Source of the DNA: Octopus sinensis
Taxonomy: Eukaryota
NCBI RefSeq assembly: GCF_006345805.1
Contig: NC_043006.1
Location: forward strand, 49,848,001 to 49,912,000
Direction: 5' to 3'
DNA: 64,000 nt
The position numbers and the translations under genes are program-made. The notes below the pieces were generated by a model, which did no database searches, was not told the DNA's origin, and was given only the letters and a program-made list of their open reading frames with translations. How positions within the stretch are numbered: the stretch's first letter is position 1; each line of letters begins with the position of its first letter. Shown here one piece after another: positions 37,775 to 50,934 of this stretch.

Positions 37775-37990
37775 AGTGGCTGTGTGGTAAGTAGCTTGCT
37801 TACGAACCACAGGGTTCCGGGTTCATTCCCACTGCGTGGCACCTTGGGCAAGTATCTTCTACTATAGCCTCGGGCCGACCATAGCCTTGTGAGTGGATTT
37901 GGTAGACGGAAACTGAAAGAAGCCCGTTGTATATATGTATATATGTATGTGTGTGTATATGTTTGTGTGTCTGTGTTTGTCCCCCCCCTA
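37775..37990 (+). mobile_element. SINE family 1, 3'-truncated
   Basis: gagtggctgtgtggtaagtagcttgc...gaaactgaaagaagcccg. Confidence 0.88.
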
Positions 37991-39930
37991 CACGATGCAC
38001 ACGTACACACAAGCTATGTCCGGAAACATAGCTACCAAAAAAATGGAAGTGATTTTCCATCTGTCAGCCTTCGATATGATAAATTCCGCTGAAGTGGACT
38101 TTTATTTTCATCACTTCCGAGGTCGACAAAATGAGAACCAGTTAAGTACCGAGCTCGCGGTAATCGACTAGATCTCTCCCACTAAAATTTCATACTTTCT
38201 GCCTAAAGTGAAATTTTGTACGGGAAAGAAAATATTAATCTTAGTGGTGTTAACTACAGATCTGAAATCTCAGTTTGGATATTGCAACGAGATTTTGATT
38301 AGCGTTTATCTTTTATCCCCGGGGTCTTGATAAAGTTGTAAGCACATTTCAAATTTTCTCTTTAAAAAAAACTGATGACTGCATGCAAAAGACGTTGAAA
38401 AGTGATAATATTCTTTCTAGACATATCATATTCTGTCTTAGAACAGTCACTAAATATATTTTTACAGAATTACTACCAATACAACTCACATAAATCCTTT
38501 CATACTGAGTGCATAAAAATTTTACTTATTAAATAGTAAAACTCAACAACGTTGTACTTCGTTTTCGTTTATGAGATTCAGAGGGTCTCGTGATATTTTT
38601 TGGTGGTTCGCCGTCGTTCGACGATGAAGATTCACTCGTGTTTAACTGAATTACCTTCTCTTGAGTTAACGTGTGAGTAAGCATTCCTTCGATGCGTGTT
38701 TCGTAATGTAATTATAATGTAGAATCATCGTGACAGAATGTGCGATAAAGTCGTGCATTTGAATTAAAGGAACAACACACTCAACGCACTTCTCTATAGT
38801 TTCAATGTATCCAGTTTCACTTACAAGCTACAATAGATAATGGCATTTGCCGCAATCAGATGGAACATGGGAATTTTTGTCATTCTCGTCACCTATCAAG
38901 ACCTGCAGGGAAGTAATAAAAGTGTAAGTAAAAAAAAAAAATTACAGCCATCCTGCAACCCATTCTTTTACATGCATTCAGTAATCTCTAAGAATCTCAC
39001 AGTAGATCTCAAAGAAGCTCACAATAGATCAGCTCTAAGGTTCCCTAGAAAGCTTTTAGTAACCTCTACAAAAGATGTCCAACCTAGAAACTGAGTTTTG
39101 CATAAGAATGCCAGACAAGGTAGCTTATTGTATTTGTTATGAGTTCAAATTCCGCCTGGGTGTCCGAAAAGAAACCCTCACCAACCTAGCGTAGAGAATA
39201 AGGTAAAGAAATGTCAGCACCAAGTAAATTGGTGCCAGGCAATATCGTGAGAAGGGTTCCTCCAGGTGGAGAGTCATATCTTTTGGTAAATGAATCCATG
39301 CACACACATTAGACCAGGTTAGCCTTATTTGATTTATGACAAGAACATTCTGATCGTGACCATTCTGTCATTCTCTTTTTTTGTTGATGCAGTGGGCTAC
39401 ATTATCGAGTGTGCTCCCCATTTTTATAGCGATGAATAATATACATAATAAGACTCGACTGCTATTTCTAACATGTCATGTGACGACGGATATTATTCTA
39501 CGTTGGCCTGAGACCTTTGAGCGTCAAGTAGAGTGTTACCTGAGAAAGATTTGGTAGTTACTTCTTGTTATCCGAACGACCATGTAGAGGTTTCTTAGGT
39601 AGCTCCTAGTAAAACTAAACGATAATGAATATCACAAACGTGTTTCAAGTAATAGCAATGAAAACTGCCAAAAGTAGTAATGGTGAAATCTCCTACGAAG
39701 AATAACCAAACAAACGACCTCAAATTACTAGAAATACCAGCGGTCAAGTCACATTCAACCGCCTTCTTAAAACAAAAAGGAAAAGAGAAAGGTCACATAT
39801 AGGGCAGTTTTGTCCCTGGTTTACAAAAATAGGGAATGGTCATAGAGAAAACATCTTTGATTTATTCATCAGTCAGGGCTAACCCAGAACTAAACAACAA
39901 CAATGTCGATTTCTAATATTGCTGCTACTG

Positions 39931-40540
39931 TAAGACGGCGAGCTGGCAGAAACGCTAGCACGCCGGGCGAAATGCGTAGCGGCATTTCGTCTGCCGTTAC
40001 GTTATGAGTTCAATTTCCGCCGAGGTCGACTTTGCCTTTCATCCTTTCGAGGTCGATAAATTAAGTACCAGTTACGCACTGGGGTCGATGTAATCGACTT
40101 AATACCTTTGTCTGTCCTTGTTTGTCTCCTCTATGTTTAGCCCCTTGTGGGTAATAAAGAAATAGCTATTTCGTCTGCCGTTACGTTCTGAGTTCAAATT
40201 CCGCCGAGGTTGACTTTGCCTTTCATCCTTTCGGGGTCGATCAAATAAGTACCAGTTACGCACTGGGGTCGATATAATTGACTTAATCCATTTGTCTGTC
40301 CTTGTTTGTCCCCTCTATGCTTACTTACCCCTTGTGGGCAATAAAGAAACAAGAAACGTTAGCACACCGGGCGAAATGCTTAGCGGTATTTCATGTCTTT
40401 ACGTTCTGAGTACAAATTCGACTTTACCTTTCTCTTTTCGGGGTCGATAAATTAAGTACCAGTTGCGTACTGAGGTCGATCTAATTGATTGGCACCCTCC
40501 CCCAAAGTTTTGTGCCTTGTGCCTGGAGTAGAAAAGAATA
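39931..40540 (+). mobile_element. SINE family 2, head-to-tail trimer
   Basis: Unit 1 has the full head; unit 2 restarts at tatttcgtctgcc and unit 3 at gttagcacaccggg. Confidence 0.9.
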
Positions 40541-40919
40541 TTGCTACTACTACTGCTGCAACCTAATGGAAACATGGACTTCATGGGAGCCATTTGTACT
40601 ATTTGACTTTGCCGACTCGCTGTCATAATCTAATATAGTCGTGTTGATGATCAATCTTTGAAGGATTTGCATAAAATATTCAAGTTTCTGTATCTCATGA
40701 TAGATTTAACCCTTATTGGCTATGTTCTCAATGAACAAATTTGTAATTAATTTTGCCTGAAAGAATGGCAGCATGTTGATTACAACGTTGTTCACCATTT
40801 TACACAGAATAACCTGTCGTTCTTCTTACCGCAATTCTTATCGGTTCATGCAGAAGTTGCAGCCATTTTGATTACTTGATATATATGTGTGTGTCAATAT
40901 ATATATATAGGTGTGTGAG

Positions 40920-40960
<41 letters not shown>

Positions 40961-41208
40961 CTCAACATCTCAACACGCATATATACCTATACATATATAT
41001 ATAATATATATATATATTATATATATATATATTATATATATATATATATATATACATATATATATACATATATATATATATATAATATATATATATTATA
41101 TATATATATATATGTATACATACACATATATTTTACTTTCTTGCAGAAAGCAGACATATGTGTTCGTATGTGTGTTTGTGTGTATGTGCGTGTGTACGTG
41201 TGTGAGTC

Positions 41209-41253
<45 letters not shown>

Positions 41254-41705
41254 ATGTGTTTATTAACAATCAGCAGAATTAGAGTGATTCAAGGGTCAAA
41301 TGTCTCGTGCGTTAGTACTTATCAAAAGGGCAAGTTTCACGAGTGGCAACACTCGAAACTAACTGGAGCTACTCTATAAGTTCTGTTAATTATTAATAAA
41401 AACTGCATATATACTCCTGCCTTCGGTTCTTTCCTCCTGTTTACAGTACCATACTCGTGCGTGTGTGTGTGGGGAGGGGTACTTGCGTGCGTGTTTTGTG
41501 TGTATGTATATATGCATATTTATATACATTTTATATATGTACATACATACCCATGTGTATCTTTAAAATAAGTACGTATGATAATATTAAGGCAATTGCT
41601 TGTAACATTTCTCGATGACGGAGCGAAAACACATTTGCAACAACAGCAGAGGTAACAACAAGAATGTCAGCAACTGCAAAACATCGTCATCATAAAAAAA
41701 AGGTG

Positions 41706-42146
41706 GAATCTTTTACTTGTTTCAGTCATTTGACTGCGGCCATACTGGAGCACCGCCTTTAGTAGAGCAAATCGATCCCAGGTCGTATTCTGTGTAAGCC
41801 TAGTACTTATTCTATCGGCATCTTTTGCCGAACCGCTAAGTAACGGGGGCGTAAACACACCATCATCGGTTGTCAAGCGATATTGGGGGGACAAACACAG
41901 ACACACAAACACACACACACACACATACACATACACACACACGTACACACGCACACACACACACACACATATATACGCATATGTACGACGGGCTTTCAGT
42001 TTCTGTGTACCAAATTTATTCACAAAGCTATGGTCGGCCCGAGGCTATAGTAGAAGACGCTTTCCCAAAGTGCCACGCAGTGGGGCTGAACCCAGAACCA
42101 TGTGGTTCGTAAGCAAGCTACTTACCACACAGCCACTCCTGCGCCT
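41706..42146 (-). mobile_element. SINE family 1, full length
   Basis: ttttacttgtttcagtcatttgactgcggcc...ccacacagccactcctgcgcctat. Confidence 0.9.
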
Positions 42147-42442
42147 ATATTAATATAACTTCAATAACTTCGCCAAACGTAAAGGTAATAGTATTGAAAC
42201 TCACCTGTCTTGAAAATAATCTTAAGATTACATCCTTGACAAAAGTGATTTGGTTGCATTTTAAATTTCATTTGTCTAATGAATTAAATTTGCCTTTTAT
42301 TCGCACACATCAAAAGACACTCTCGTGTTTTTTCTTTATTCACACCTATATTATCAATATCATATTTAATGTATGTATGCTGGTAAGCATTTGTAGCTGC
42401 AGTATTGCGTCTGGTAAGAGATCCTTATAAAGACGTATAGTT

Positions 42443-42740
42443 TTAAAAACAGTATATTTCAAGGACAGGCGAAATGACTACGCCCAGGAAGTGAACAAGA
42501 ACGACAGATATCGATATTTTCCAGTTTTTTTCAGTTCATCAATGCTGTATGCTCGTCCCAATTCGAAAAGAAATCGAATCGCCAGCTTGAAGTATATACA
42601 TTTAGAGTAAAATCTATGTGCTGATGTGCAATTCCGTCACGCACGTAGAAGAAAATTCAAATTTTGAGTAAGAAATATCGATATTTGTCATTCTTGTTCA
42701 CTCCCGGGATGATTTTGCTTTGAAACATACAGCTTTTTAA
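42443..42740. mobile_element. MITE-like element with imperfect long inverted ends
   Basis: 42483-42519 is complementary to 42673-42708, with weaker pairing out to ttaaaaacagtatatttca / tgaaacatacagctttttaa. Confidence 0.55.
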
Positions 42741-42810
42741 CACGAAACAATTTTAATGGATCTCTCGCAGACGTAATACCGCAGTTACAGGTGTTTAACA
42801 AGACACTCTA

Positions 42811-42914
<104 letters not shown>

Positions 42915-43099
42915 GTCAAATATGAGAAAAAGATCCCAATCAGTCGGTATATATATAAATATTTATTTTTAATCACCAGAAAATTACAAAAAAGACTCAG
43001 GAGCCTAGACTTTTGTGCATTGCACTAAACTCTGAGCCCCTGAATTTGTTTTGTGATTTTCCATCGATTAAAAAATGTGTGTATGCATGTATGCATTTA

Positions 43100-43186
<87 letters not shown>

Positions 43187-44270
43187 TGTGAATTCTCTCC
43201 AGGAAATAATGCCTCGGTTCTTTCGGCCTCCTCCAGTTGCACCGGAATAAATAGTTAGTGGTGTTGGATTGCCTAGTGTTCTGCTGTTAGTATGACGCTA
43301 TCTAGCGACCATAATTTCGTTCAGCAGTGTTGGCGACTGAGAAAAAATATTCACCATAAGGCCTTTTTTCCTTCTGAGAAACTGAGAATCTACCAAGTCA
43401 GTCTCCTGCACATTGTTGCCATCTTAGTAATATGCACACGGAATGCTGCATTATTACACGTATGCATTTCCAGGTCACACATCCATCGTAACTCCAGAAT
43501 TTCAGCACATCATCCTGGTTCTGTGTATTCCGATAGCAATCTGTTGTGGGCCGATTGCTGAGCGCTTAAAATTTCTCAGGGTTGAATGCAGAAAAATATT
43601 GTGCGGAAGCTGAGGCTGAAAGGATTGAGAATAAACACTTTCTACTCGGGTCAAACCCTTATCAACGCTTTGAAGTTCGCTTGAGGAGTGAAGTGAGTAT
43701 GGGAAGGGAAATACACACCCCAAGCAAACTTAAAAGGTGAGTGACTGTAGAAAAACGGTTTGGGTGAATGGATCTACTCCATGTGTGTCTATAGATTGGA
43801 GAACCCGGTTCGTGTGGGTTCTTTGATTTATTATTTCATGCTGGAGATTCTCCTGCACCAGGAAGACTGCATTATTCATGTGTTCACAAATGAGAATAAT
43901 TTTTTTATTATAAACTGTCCCTGTAGTGCCCCGCTCATCTGATTCCCTTGTGGCAAATAAAACAAAACATTACTATTTATCGCCACATCTATATAGCTGT
44001 TCCGTTTTTAACCCCAGGAAGAGCCTCCTCCAGCTGGTTATCGATGCAATCTGCAACCGATATATATTGCAAGCAGGGGAGCGAACCCCTACCATCTTCT
44101 AGCAGACGACAGGATCACCAGACCGTACGGTTTCTCATTAGCTATTTTACTTGTTGCAAGATCAGTGACTGATTGGCGCTTAGTTTTCTATATACTTCGA
44201 TGGTGAGTGCAGAGGGAAAAGTATTTTTTTAAGTGAACTGAGTTTTTTTTTTATACCACCTTCCACTTAA

Positions 44271-44526
44271 CGCATGCGCATCTCAAACCAGTTTCTCGTT
44301 CGCCTGTTATATGTAATCACTGTCAATAAATCACAAGGACAGACATTTGATAAAGTGAGGCTGTTCTTGCCTGAACGTGTATTCGGCCAAGGTCTGATAT
44401 ATGTTGCATTCTCAAGGCTCGCAAATTATCTGATATGTGAGTTAAAGTTGTCAACACTGGCAAACAAGGGAAGGAAGAGGGAAAACTTACACGAAGAACA
44501 TAGTTTGCAAAGAAGCATTGGATTGA
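44271..44526 (+). mobile_element. Helitron PIF1-helicase C-terminal remnant
   Basis: QFLVRLLYVITVNKSQGQTFDKVRLFLPERVFGQGLIYVAFSR, then GKTYTKNIVCKEALD* in a shifted frame. Confidence 0.85.
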
Positions 44527-45441
44527 AAGGTGTAGGCAAATTGAAATGTGTATTGGCTCTGACCCATCGCCTTGGCTTATAAGTTACCAACGGTGTGGTT
44601 TCCAGAGTCTGCCATGTTGTACTAAATTTTTACCCCTTGAAATTGTGACCCCTATATTTTACACATAGAATAATTTTTTACTATAAAATTTTAGTTTTCT
44701 AGATATGAAATTGTGATCATGTAAATTTTAAAATGCAGTTTTTTCTATTTATAGAGAAAATGGAAAAAATATGAGTGGATATTTATTTTATGATTGCTGT
44801 GTATTAAGTCAATAAAATTGTGTATAAAGTATATAAAGTATATGTATATAAAGTGCATTAAGTAATTATCGTGTTCCAATTTCCTTCACTTTTCAATAAA
44901 AAGCAAATGAGCAACAATCTTTTGATACAGACACAACATAGGCTAGTTAACTAATTAATTAATGGATTGCTCGATTAATAAGTTCGACCAATCAACCACC
45001 CAACTAGTTTGTTAAAACCCAATCGTCGTAAATGAGTGAAATGATAAAAGAAAGAAAAAGCGCCAGATTTTTAGAAGAATATTGTAATTCTATTGCAATT
45101 TAACTAAATATGTTGCTTGGTAGTGCTAAGGTATACAGTTAAACCGTAGCACTGCCAATCAAACTATGTTGGTAAATAATAACATGAAATAATAGAATTT
45201 AAGTAATAGAATTTAATATTTTTCTGAAGAGCTGGTACTTCGACACTATTATGCAATCATTTACGTAACGATTTCCGCATAACATACTAGTATTCCCTAG
45301 TGAAACACATTTTACAATATTATAATAAAAACTCTTGTTTTATTATGCTCTCAGATATATACTCTGCAATTTATTCAAATGCATATAATGCCAAACCGAA
45401 GTCAGACGATAGAGTGTAAGTATATAATATATAACGTGTGC

Positions 45442-45477
<36 letters not shown>

Positions 45478-45813
45478 TGAGAACCCCTTCGGTCATGACT
45501 GACATGATATTGCACCTAGAAAGTTACTCTCCCAGACACAAGTCCGGGCAAGGTTATTTATGGAAGACCAGCAGTCGCCCATGCATACCGGACTCCCCTC
45601 TCCACACCACAAGTGTTATCCAAGGGAAAGGCAACGGCCAATACAGCTTGGCACCTGTCATGTCGCAACTCATTTCTACAGCTGAGTGAACTGGAGCAAC
45701 GTGAAATAAAGTGTTTTGCTCAAGAACACAATACGCAGCCCGGTCCGGAATTCGAACTCACAACCCCACGATCGTAAGCTCGACGCTCTAACCACTGAGC
45801 CATGCGCCTTCAC
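45478..45813 (-). mobile_element. tRNA-derived SINE family 3
   Basis: Minus-strand head gtgaaggcgcatggctcagtggttagagcg...gagttcgaattccgg has Pol III A and B boxes. Confidence 0.85.
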
Positions 45814-46130
45814 TTTATATAAAGGCCATAACGTATATGTTATTTGTTTAGAACTGACATATTTGCAGCGTGGTTACGAAGCTACGTGTTTACTAACCGA
45901 GTTTTGTAATCACAGTAAAATCTGCGTTCATTGTATATTGTTTTGATTCGTTCATCTGTTTATGGCTATATATAAACTATATTTCTTCACCAAAATACAG
46001 CGAGTTTTGCACTATGCTCTGCATGCTATCAGAACACTTGTCACGTATATCATTCTCCAGCTTTTCATTGTGTCGCTCAGCAAATATATATTTCTAAATA
46101 GAAGACAAGGGCCAGAAATTATTTTGTTGT

Positions 46131-46171
46131 CTTCTTCTTCTTCTTCTTCTTCTTCTTCTTCTTCTTCTTCC

Positions 46172-46218
<47 letters not shown>

Positions 46219-46296
46219 TATTATTATTATTCTTATTCTTCTTCTTCTTCTTCTTCTTCTTCTTCTTCTTCTTCTTCTTCTTCTTCTTCTTCTTCT
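46131..46296. repeat. (TTC)n-(TTA)n-(TTC)n compound microsatellite
   Basis: Direct reading of the sequence. Confidence 0.95.
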
Positions 46297-46589
46297 TTTA
46301 ATCAGTACTCACGCCATTAGCCAGAAAGAATAATCTCTAAATCGAGCCTACTCTTATCTACTAAGAATGCGCGTGGAAACTTGAAGATCCACCCACCACA
46401 CGCGATAGACTGGCGGTTGCACGGGCGCGAAAGCTACGTTGTTATCCTCATTCCGTAAACGGTGGTTTTTAACTGGTGGAAAGCTGAACCATCCTGGGGT
46501 ACAGAGGATTCGCAATCTAGACTAGGAACTGAAAGTTTACCACACAATTGTGGGTTTCACCATGGTTCCTCTGCTTTGTGGCAGAAGTA

Positions 46590-46777
46590 GGAAGAAAGAG
46601 TGAGAGAAGGTTGTGGTGAAAGAGTGCAGCGGGGTTCACTACCCCTTCCCGCCGGAGCCTCATGGATCTTAAGTGTTTTTACTCAATAAATACTCACATT
46701 GCCCGGTCTGGAAATCGAAACCGCGCTCTTACGACCGCGAGTCCGCTGCTCTAACCACTGGGCTATTGCGCCTCCAC
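46590..46777 (-). mobile_element. tRNA-derived SINE family 4
   Basis: Minus-strand head gtggaggcgcaatagcccagtggttagagcagcggactcgcggtcg..ggtttcgatttccagaccggg. Confidence 0.8.
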
Positions 46778-47667
46778 TGTTGTTGATGTTGTTGTTGCTT
46801 ACCTCTAGATCAATTCTGACCGAACATTACTCTGATCTCAGAATCAGTCTTTATTCGGATAAACCATCTCCATATCAAATTCTTCATTTGTACATATACG
46901 ACAGTAGTATGTTATCAGTATTATACGTAACTGCTATATCTAGCAAGTCGGAAGACAGTGTAGAGGCTAGTTCGTTGGCTCGAGAGTTTTGATAATCATG
47001 TGACTGCAGACATTGACCCATTGTTCTTATCTTTATGCAAGACTGGATGGAAATGACCGATCAAGTAGTTGTTCATTGAGTATTGTCTTGATTCGTCCAT
47101 CTATAAATCTCGAGGTTTTTAACGCTTATCTTGATTTAATCTGCTGTGAATCCCTTAAGACTTTTATATATTGTCTTGATTCAGTCATCTGTGAATCTCA
47201 AAGACTTCTATGTATTGTGTTGATTAGTCCTCTGTGAAACAAGAAAATTTCGATGTTTGTAGCAAAAGCAAAAAAGGAAAAGAAACAAATGAAAACTAAG
47301 AATAAACTGATAATTCTATAGCTAAGAACCCGAAAGCATAAAAGTATATAAAGTGAATATTCTCACCTTACTTAAAAATAATTTCAGTGTTGTAATCCTA
47401 AAAGAGATGGAAGCAGGTGTGGCTGCGTCTTTATGAAGGTCACTTTGCAGCCGCGCTGTTCCGGGTTTGATTCAACTAGCCAGTAACTTGGGAAAGTATT
47501 TCCTACTACTGAAGCATTAAATCAACCAATGTCTTATGACTGGACTTTGAAAGGCGAAAGCTGTATAATTCCATTGTGTGTGCGTGCGTGTATGTATGTA
47601 TGTATGTATGTATGTATGTATGTATGTATGTATGTATGTATGTATGTATGTATGTATGTATGTATGT

Positions 47668-47962
47668 AGAGACAGATGAGTGACAACCTGGCCACTGGTG
47701 GTGGTGTAACACACCATACTAATCATATCTGTCGGGCATGTGGAAGAGAGTGTAATTCGCCGGGAGGACTTAAACGACATGCAAAGGTACATGAAGCCCA
47801 GTTACAACTACAGCCGGCTATTACCAGTAAAGGTTTTAGTTGCCAATTTTGTACAAGACATTGTAGATCTTTAGCTGGGCTAACAAGTCACGTTCGATCA
47901 CAGTACCAGTAACAGTTAAGCTTCGTGCAATGGCCATACTCGATAACGAGGGGGCAGCCATA
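47668..47962 (+). mobile_element. RTE-type LINE 3' end with two C2H2-like fingers, between (TATG)n tracts
   Basis: ORF 47676..47912 reads HICRACGRECNSPGGLKRHAKVH..FSCQFCTRHCRSLAGLTSHVRSQ. The 3' UTR is shared with 51387-51433. Confidence 0.7.
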
Positions 47963-48063
47963 ATGTATGTATGTATGGATGGATGTATGTATGTGTGACT
48001 GCATGTGTATTGTTGGCGATTTTTTCCTTCGTCTTCCCTTCCTTGCATCTTTCCTTTTTCTAT

Positions 48064-48098
48064 GTTTCTGACGAAGAGCTCCGCTTGAAACGTTAAAT
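48064..48098 (+). ncRNA. minimal type-I hammerhead motif (family H3)
   Basis: gttt CUGACGA agagc tcc gctt GAAAC GUU aaat; palindromic ACGU stem III. Confidence 0.65.
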
Positions 48099-48439
48099 CC
48101 TCCTTCTTTCTTTCCTTTCCTGAACGTCCAATAACACTATACTTGTTCCACGTCCTCGCGTTGTGTTTTCTCTTTGTGTTTTATGTATGAATGTATGTAT
48201 GTATGTATGTATGTATGTATGTATGTATGTATGTATGTATGTATGTATGCATGTATGTATGCATGTATGTATGTATGTATGCATGTATGTATGTATGCAT
48301 GTATGTATGTATGTATATATGTATGTATGTATATATGTATGTATATATGTATGCATGTATATATGTATGTATGTATATATGTAGTATATATATATATATA
48401 TATAAATAATCAAAATAAAAACATGATGCCAAGGATTCA

Positions 48440-48517
48440 GCGGTACATATGTTTCGGGCCTTTATTAGACGGATTTATAACAATGCATAATGTGTGTCTG
48501 TGGCCTTCTTCAGCCGC
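48440..48517 (-). ncRNA. type-I hammerhead motif with extended stem II (family H7)
   Basis: Minus strand reads gcgg CUGAAGA a ggcc..(agac/gtct)..ggcc c GAAAC atat GUA ccgc. Confidence 0.75.
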
Positions 48518-49804
48518 GCACAACTACTTCTTCAAGGACATGTATTACATCAAAAATTCTTGGTTGGGGATGCAAATCCTCTCATTCGCGTACGACGTAA
48601 TGCGGCAACAGCATGAAAATGAAGCGTCCATCTCGTTCTTCTCTCAATGTAGAATGAGGAAGTTTGGATGTTGAAGTAATATAAATAAATTAATAAATAA
48701 ATATATACATATATAAATATATAAATACAGACAGACGTGAAGGAACCTGGTAATAAGAGCAAATAGAGATAAAGATGGAGGGGTGAGAATTCAGGACGAA
48801 GGATAAAAAATATATAAAAGTGTAAGTATAGAAAAATATAAAAATGTAGAGTATAAAGATATAAAGAGATATAAAAAATATTAAAAAATATAAATGAATA
48901 TAAAAGTATAAAGTTATAAAAATAAAAATTAAAATAATAAAAAGTGTAAAAGAATATAAGGATAAGGGATATATAGTAGTTACGGACCAAACATGGTGGT
49001 CAGGAAAATGACAAATTCTGGTTGTAGAAGTCTTGGGTGTCATAAATCAATCGGAGCGTCTGGGGACCTAGTGTATTGTAAATTAGAGTTGTTGAGCAGC
49101 TTATCTAGTTCTTCGTGACGTATTAAATGGTCATCGTGTACATACGCACCCGCATGGATACATACACCCATATACACGCGCACATATACGCACGCATACG
49201 CAGCTACACGCATACAAGCATACATACGCACTCACGTGTAAACATATACAGATATATATGGAAAAAGGCGCATGTAGTTGGGTACACGAACCGACGCGCA
49301 CGCGTACGTACATACATACACTCTCATGCGTTCATATAGGCACACTCGCACTTACACGCATTTACAAGACGAAGTGAATCCCTATGCGTGTGGGCAGGAA
49401 TATGTATACACCTGCACTCGCGTCCACCCCCACGCACATGGGGCAGTAGATCCCTATGTCTATACACAAAGGTATGCATATGCACAGACACAGGTATAAC
49501 AAAAAAATCCGTTCTTGCACGCGGGCAAGATACGGAGTCGTAGTGGGTACATTAGGTAGACATGAACGTAAGAAACTGGCGGGCAAAAGATTTTAACAGA
49601 ATATGCATATATATACACGGACAATATACATATCCATATACACATACACACACACGCACATACGCATATATATATACACACAGCAGAATATGTATATATA
49701 TACACGGACAATATACATGTACATATACCTATACACACACACACATACGCATATACATATACATATATATATATTGGAAGGTTTGGAGATGATGTACAGA
49801 TATT

Positions 49805-50113
49805 ATATATTAGAAGAAATGAGGTAATCAGAAGATCGGATGGTTCATATTTATAGATATTTATTTATATATTACATTTTTTACATATATATGTCATATC
49901 ATTCAGATCATATCATTCAGATTATTAGCGCTTTCTCCCATTCTAGTGGGGTTTTCAAATCAAATTTGATTTGAAAACCTCACTAGAATGGAGAAGCGCT
50001 AATCTGATGAATATGATCTGAATGATATGATATATATATGTAAAAAATGTAATATATAAATAAATATCTATAAATATGAACCATCCGATCTTCTGATTAC
50101 CTCATTTCTTCTA

Positions 50114-50120
<7 letters not shown>
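49805..50120. repeat. long palindrome (~155-bp arms, no loop)
   Basis: Centre ttttcaaatcaaa|tttgatttgaaaa at 49964/49965. The arms pair out to tatattagaagaaatgagg / cctcatttcttctaatata with a few small indels. Confidence 0.96.
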
Positions 50121-50174
<54 letters not shown>

Positions 50175-50260
50175 GCTTCCATCTCCTGAGCGCCTATTAA
50201 TAATAATACTGTAATTGTTCCTGTTGTTGTTGTTTTTTTGTTTCCCTTTTGGATTAAAAT

Positions 50261-50306
<46 letters not shown>

Positions 50307-50604
50307 CATTTGTGTATGTATCTTCTATCCTTTATCTTTTACTTGTTTCAGTCATTAGACTGTGACCATGCTGGGGGCACTGCCTCGAAGTTTTAGTCGA
50401 ATGAATTGACCCCAGTACTTTTATTTTTTAAGCCTGGTACAAATTCTATCGTTCTCTTTTGTCGAACCACTAGCTTAAGGAGACGTAAATACAGAAATAC
50501 TAATTGTCAACCAGTGGTGTGGAACAACTCACGCGCACGCGCACCCCACCCCCTCCCACACACGCACACATACGATGGTATTCCTGCACTTATGTATGTA
50601 TGTA

Positions 50605-50640
<36 letters not shown>

Positions 50641-50666
50641 TGTATGTATGTATGTATGTATGTATG

Positions 50667-50845
50667 AGGAGGAAAATCACCTCAAGAGCCTGAACCTGAA
50701 GCGACAAGCCCGAAAAGAGAGGATCCCCAAACCTACTTCTGCTGTTACGTGCCCAACATGTGGCCGCGTCTGCGTGCCGCCTTTGGGTTACGCTCCCACC
50801 TCCGGCGTCACTGACGTCATTTTCGAACCCCGACAGACTTCCATT
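50667..50845 (+). mobile_element. RTE-type LINE 3' tip between (TATG)n tracts
   Basis: EEENHLKSLNLKRQARKER..VTCPTCGRVC, then GLRSHLRRH* in a shifted frame. Confidence 0.75.
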
Positions 50846-50934
50846 ATGTATGTATGTGTGTGTGTTTGCATTTTTGTATGTATGTATGTATGTATGTATG
50901 TATGTATGTATGTATGTATGCATGCATGCATGCA

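Noticed and set aside
38680-38760. Possible decayed hammerhead on the minus strand (acgatga..gaaacacgcatc)
   Set aside because: The core and stems have too many mismatches to support a call.
45740-46777. tRNA-like sequences at 45740-45813 and 46700-46777
   Set aside because: They have A and B boxes but no complete cloverleaf and continue into SINE bodies, so they are SINE heads rather than tRNA genes.
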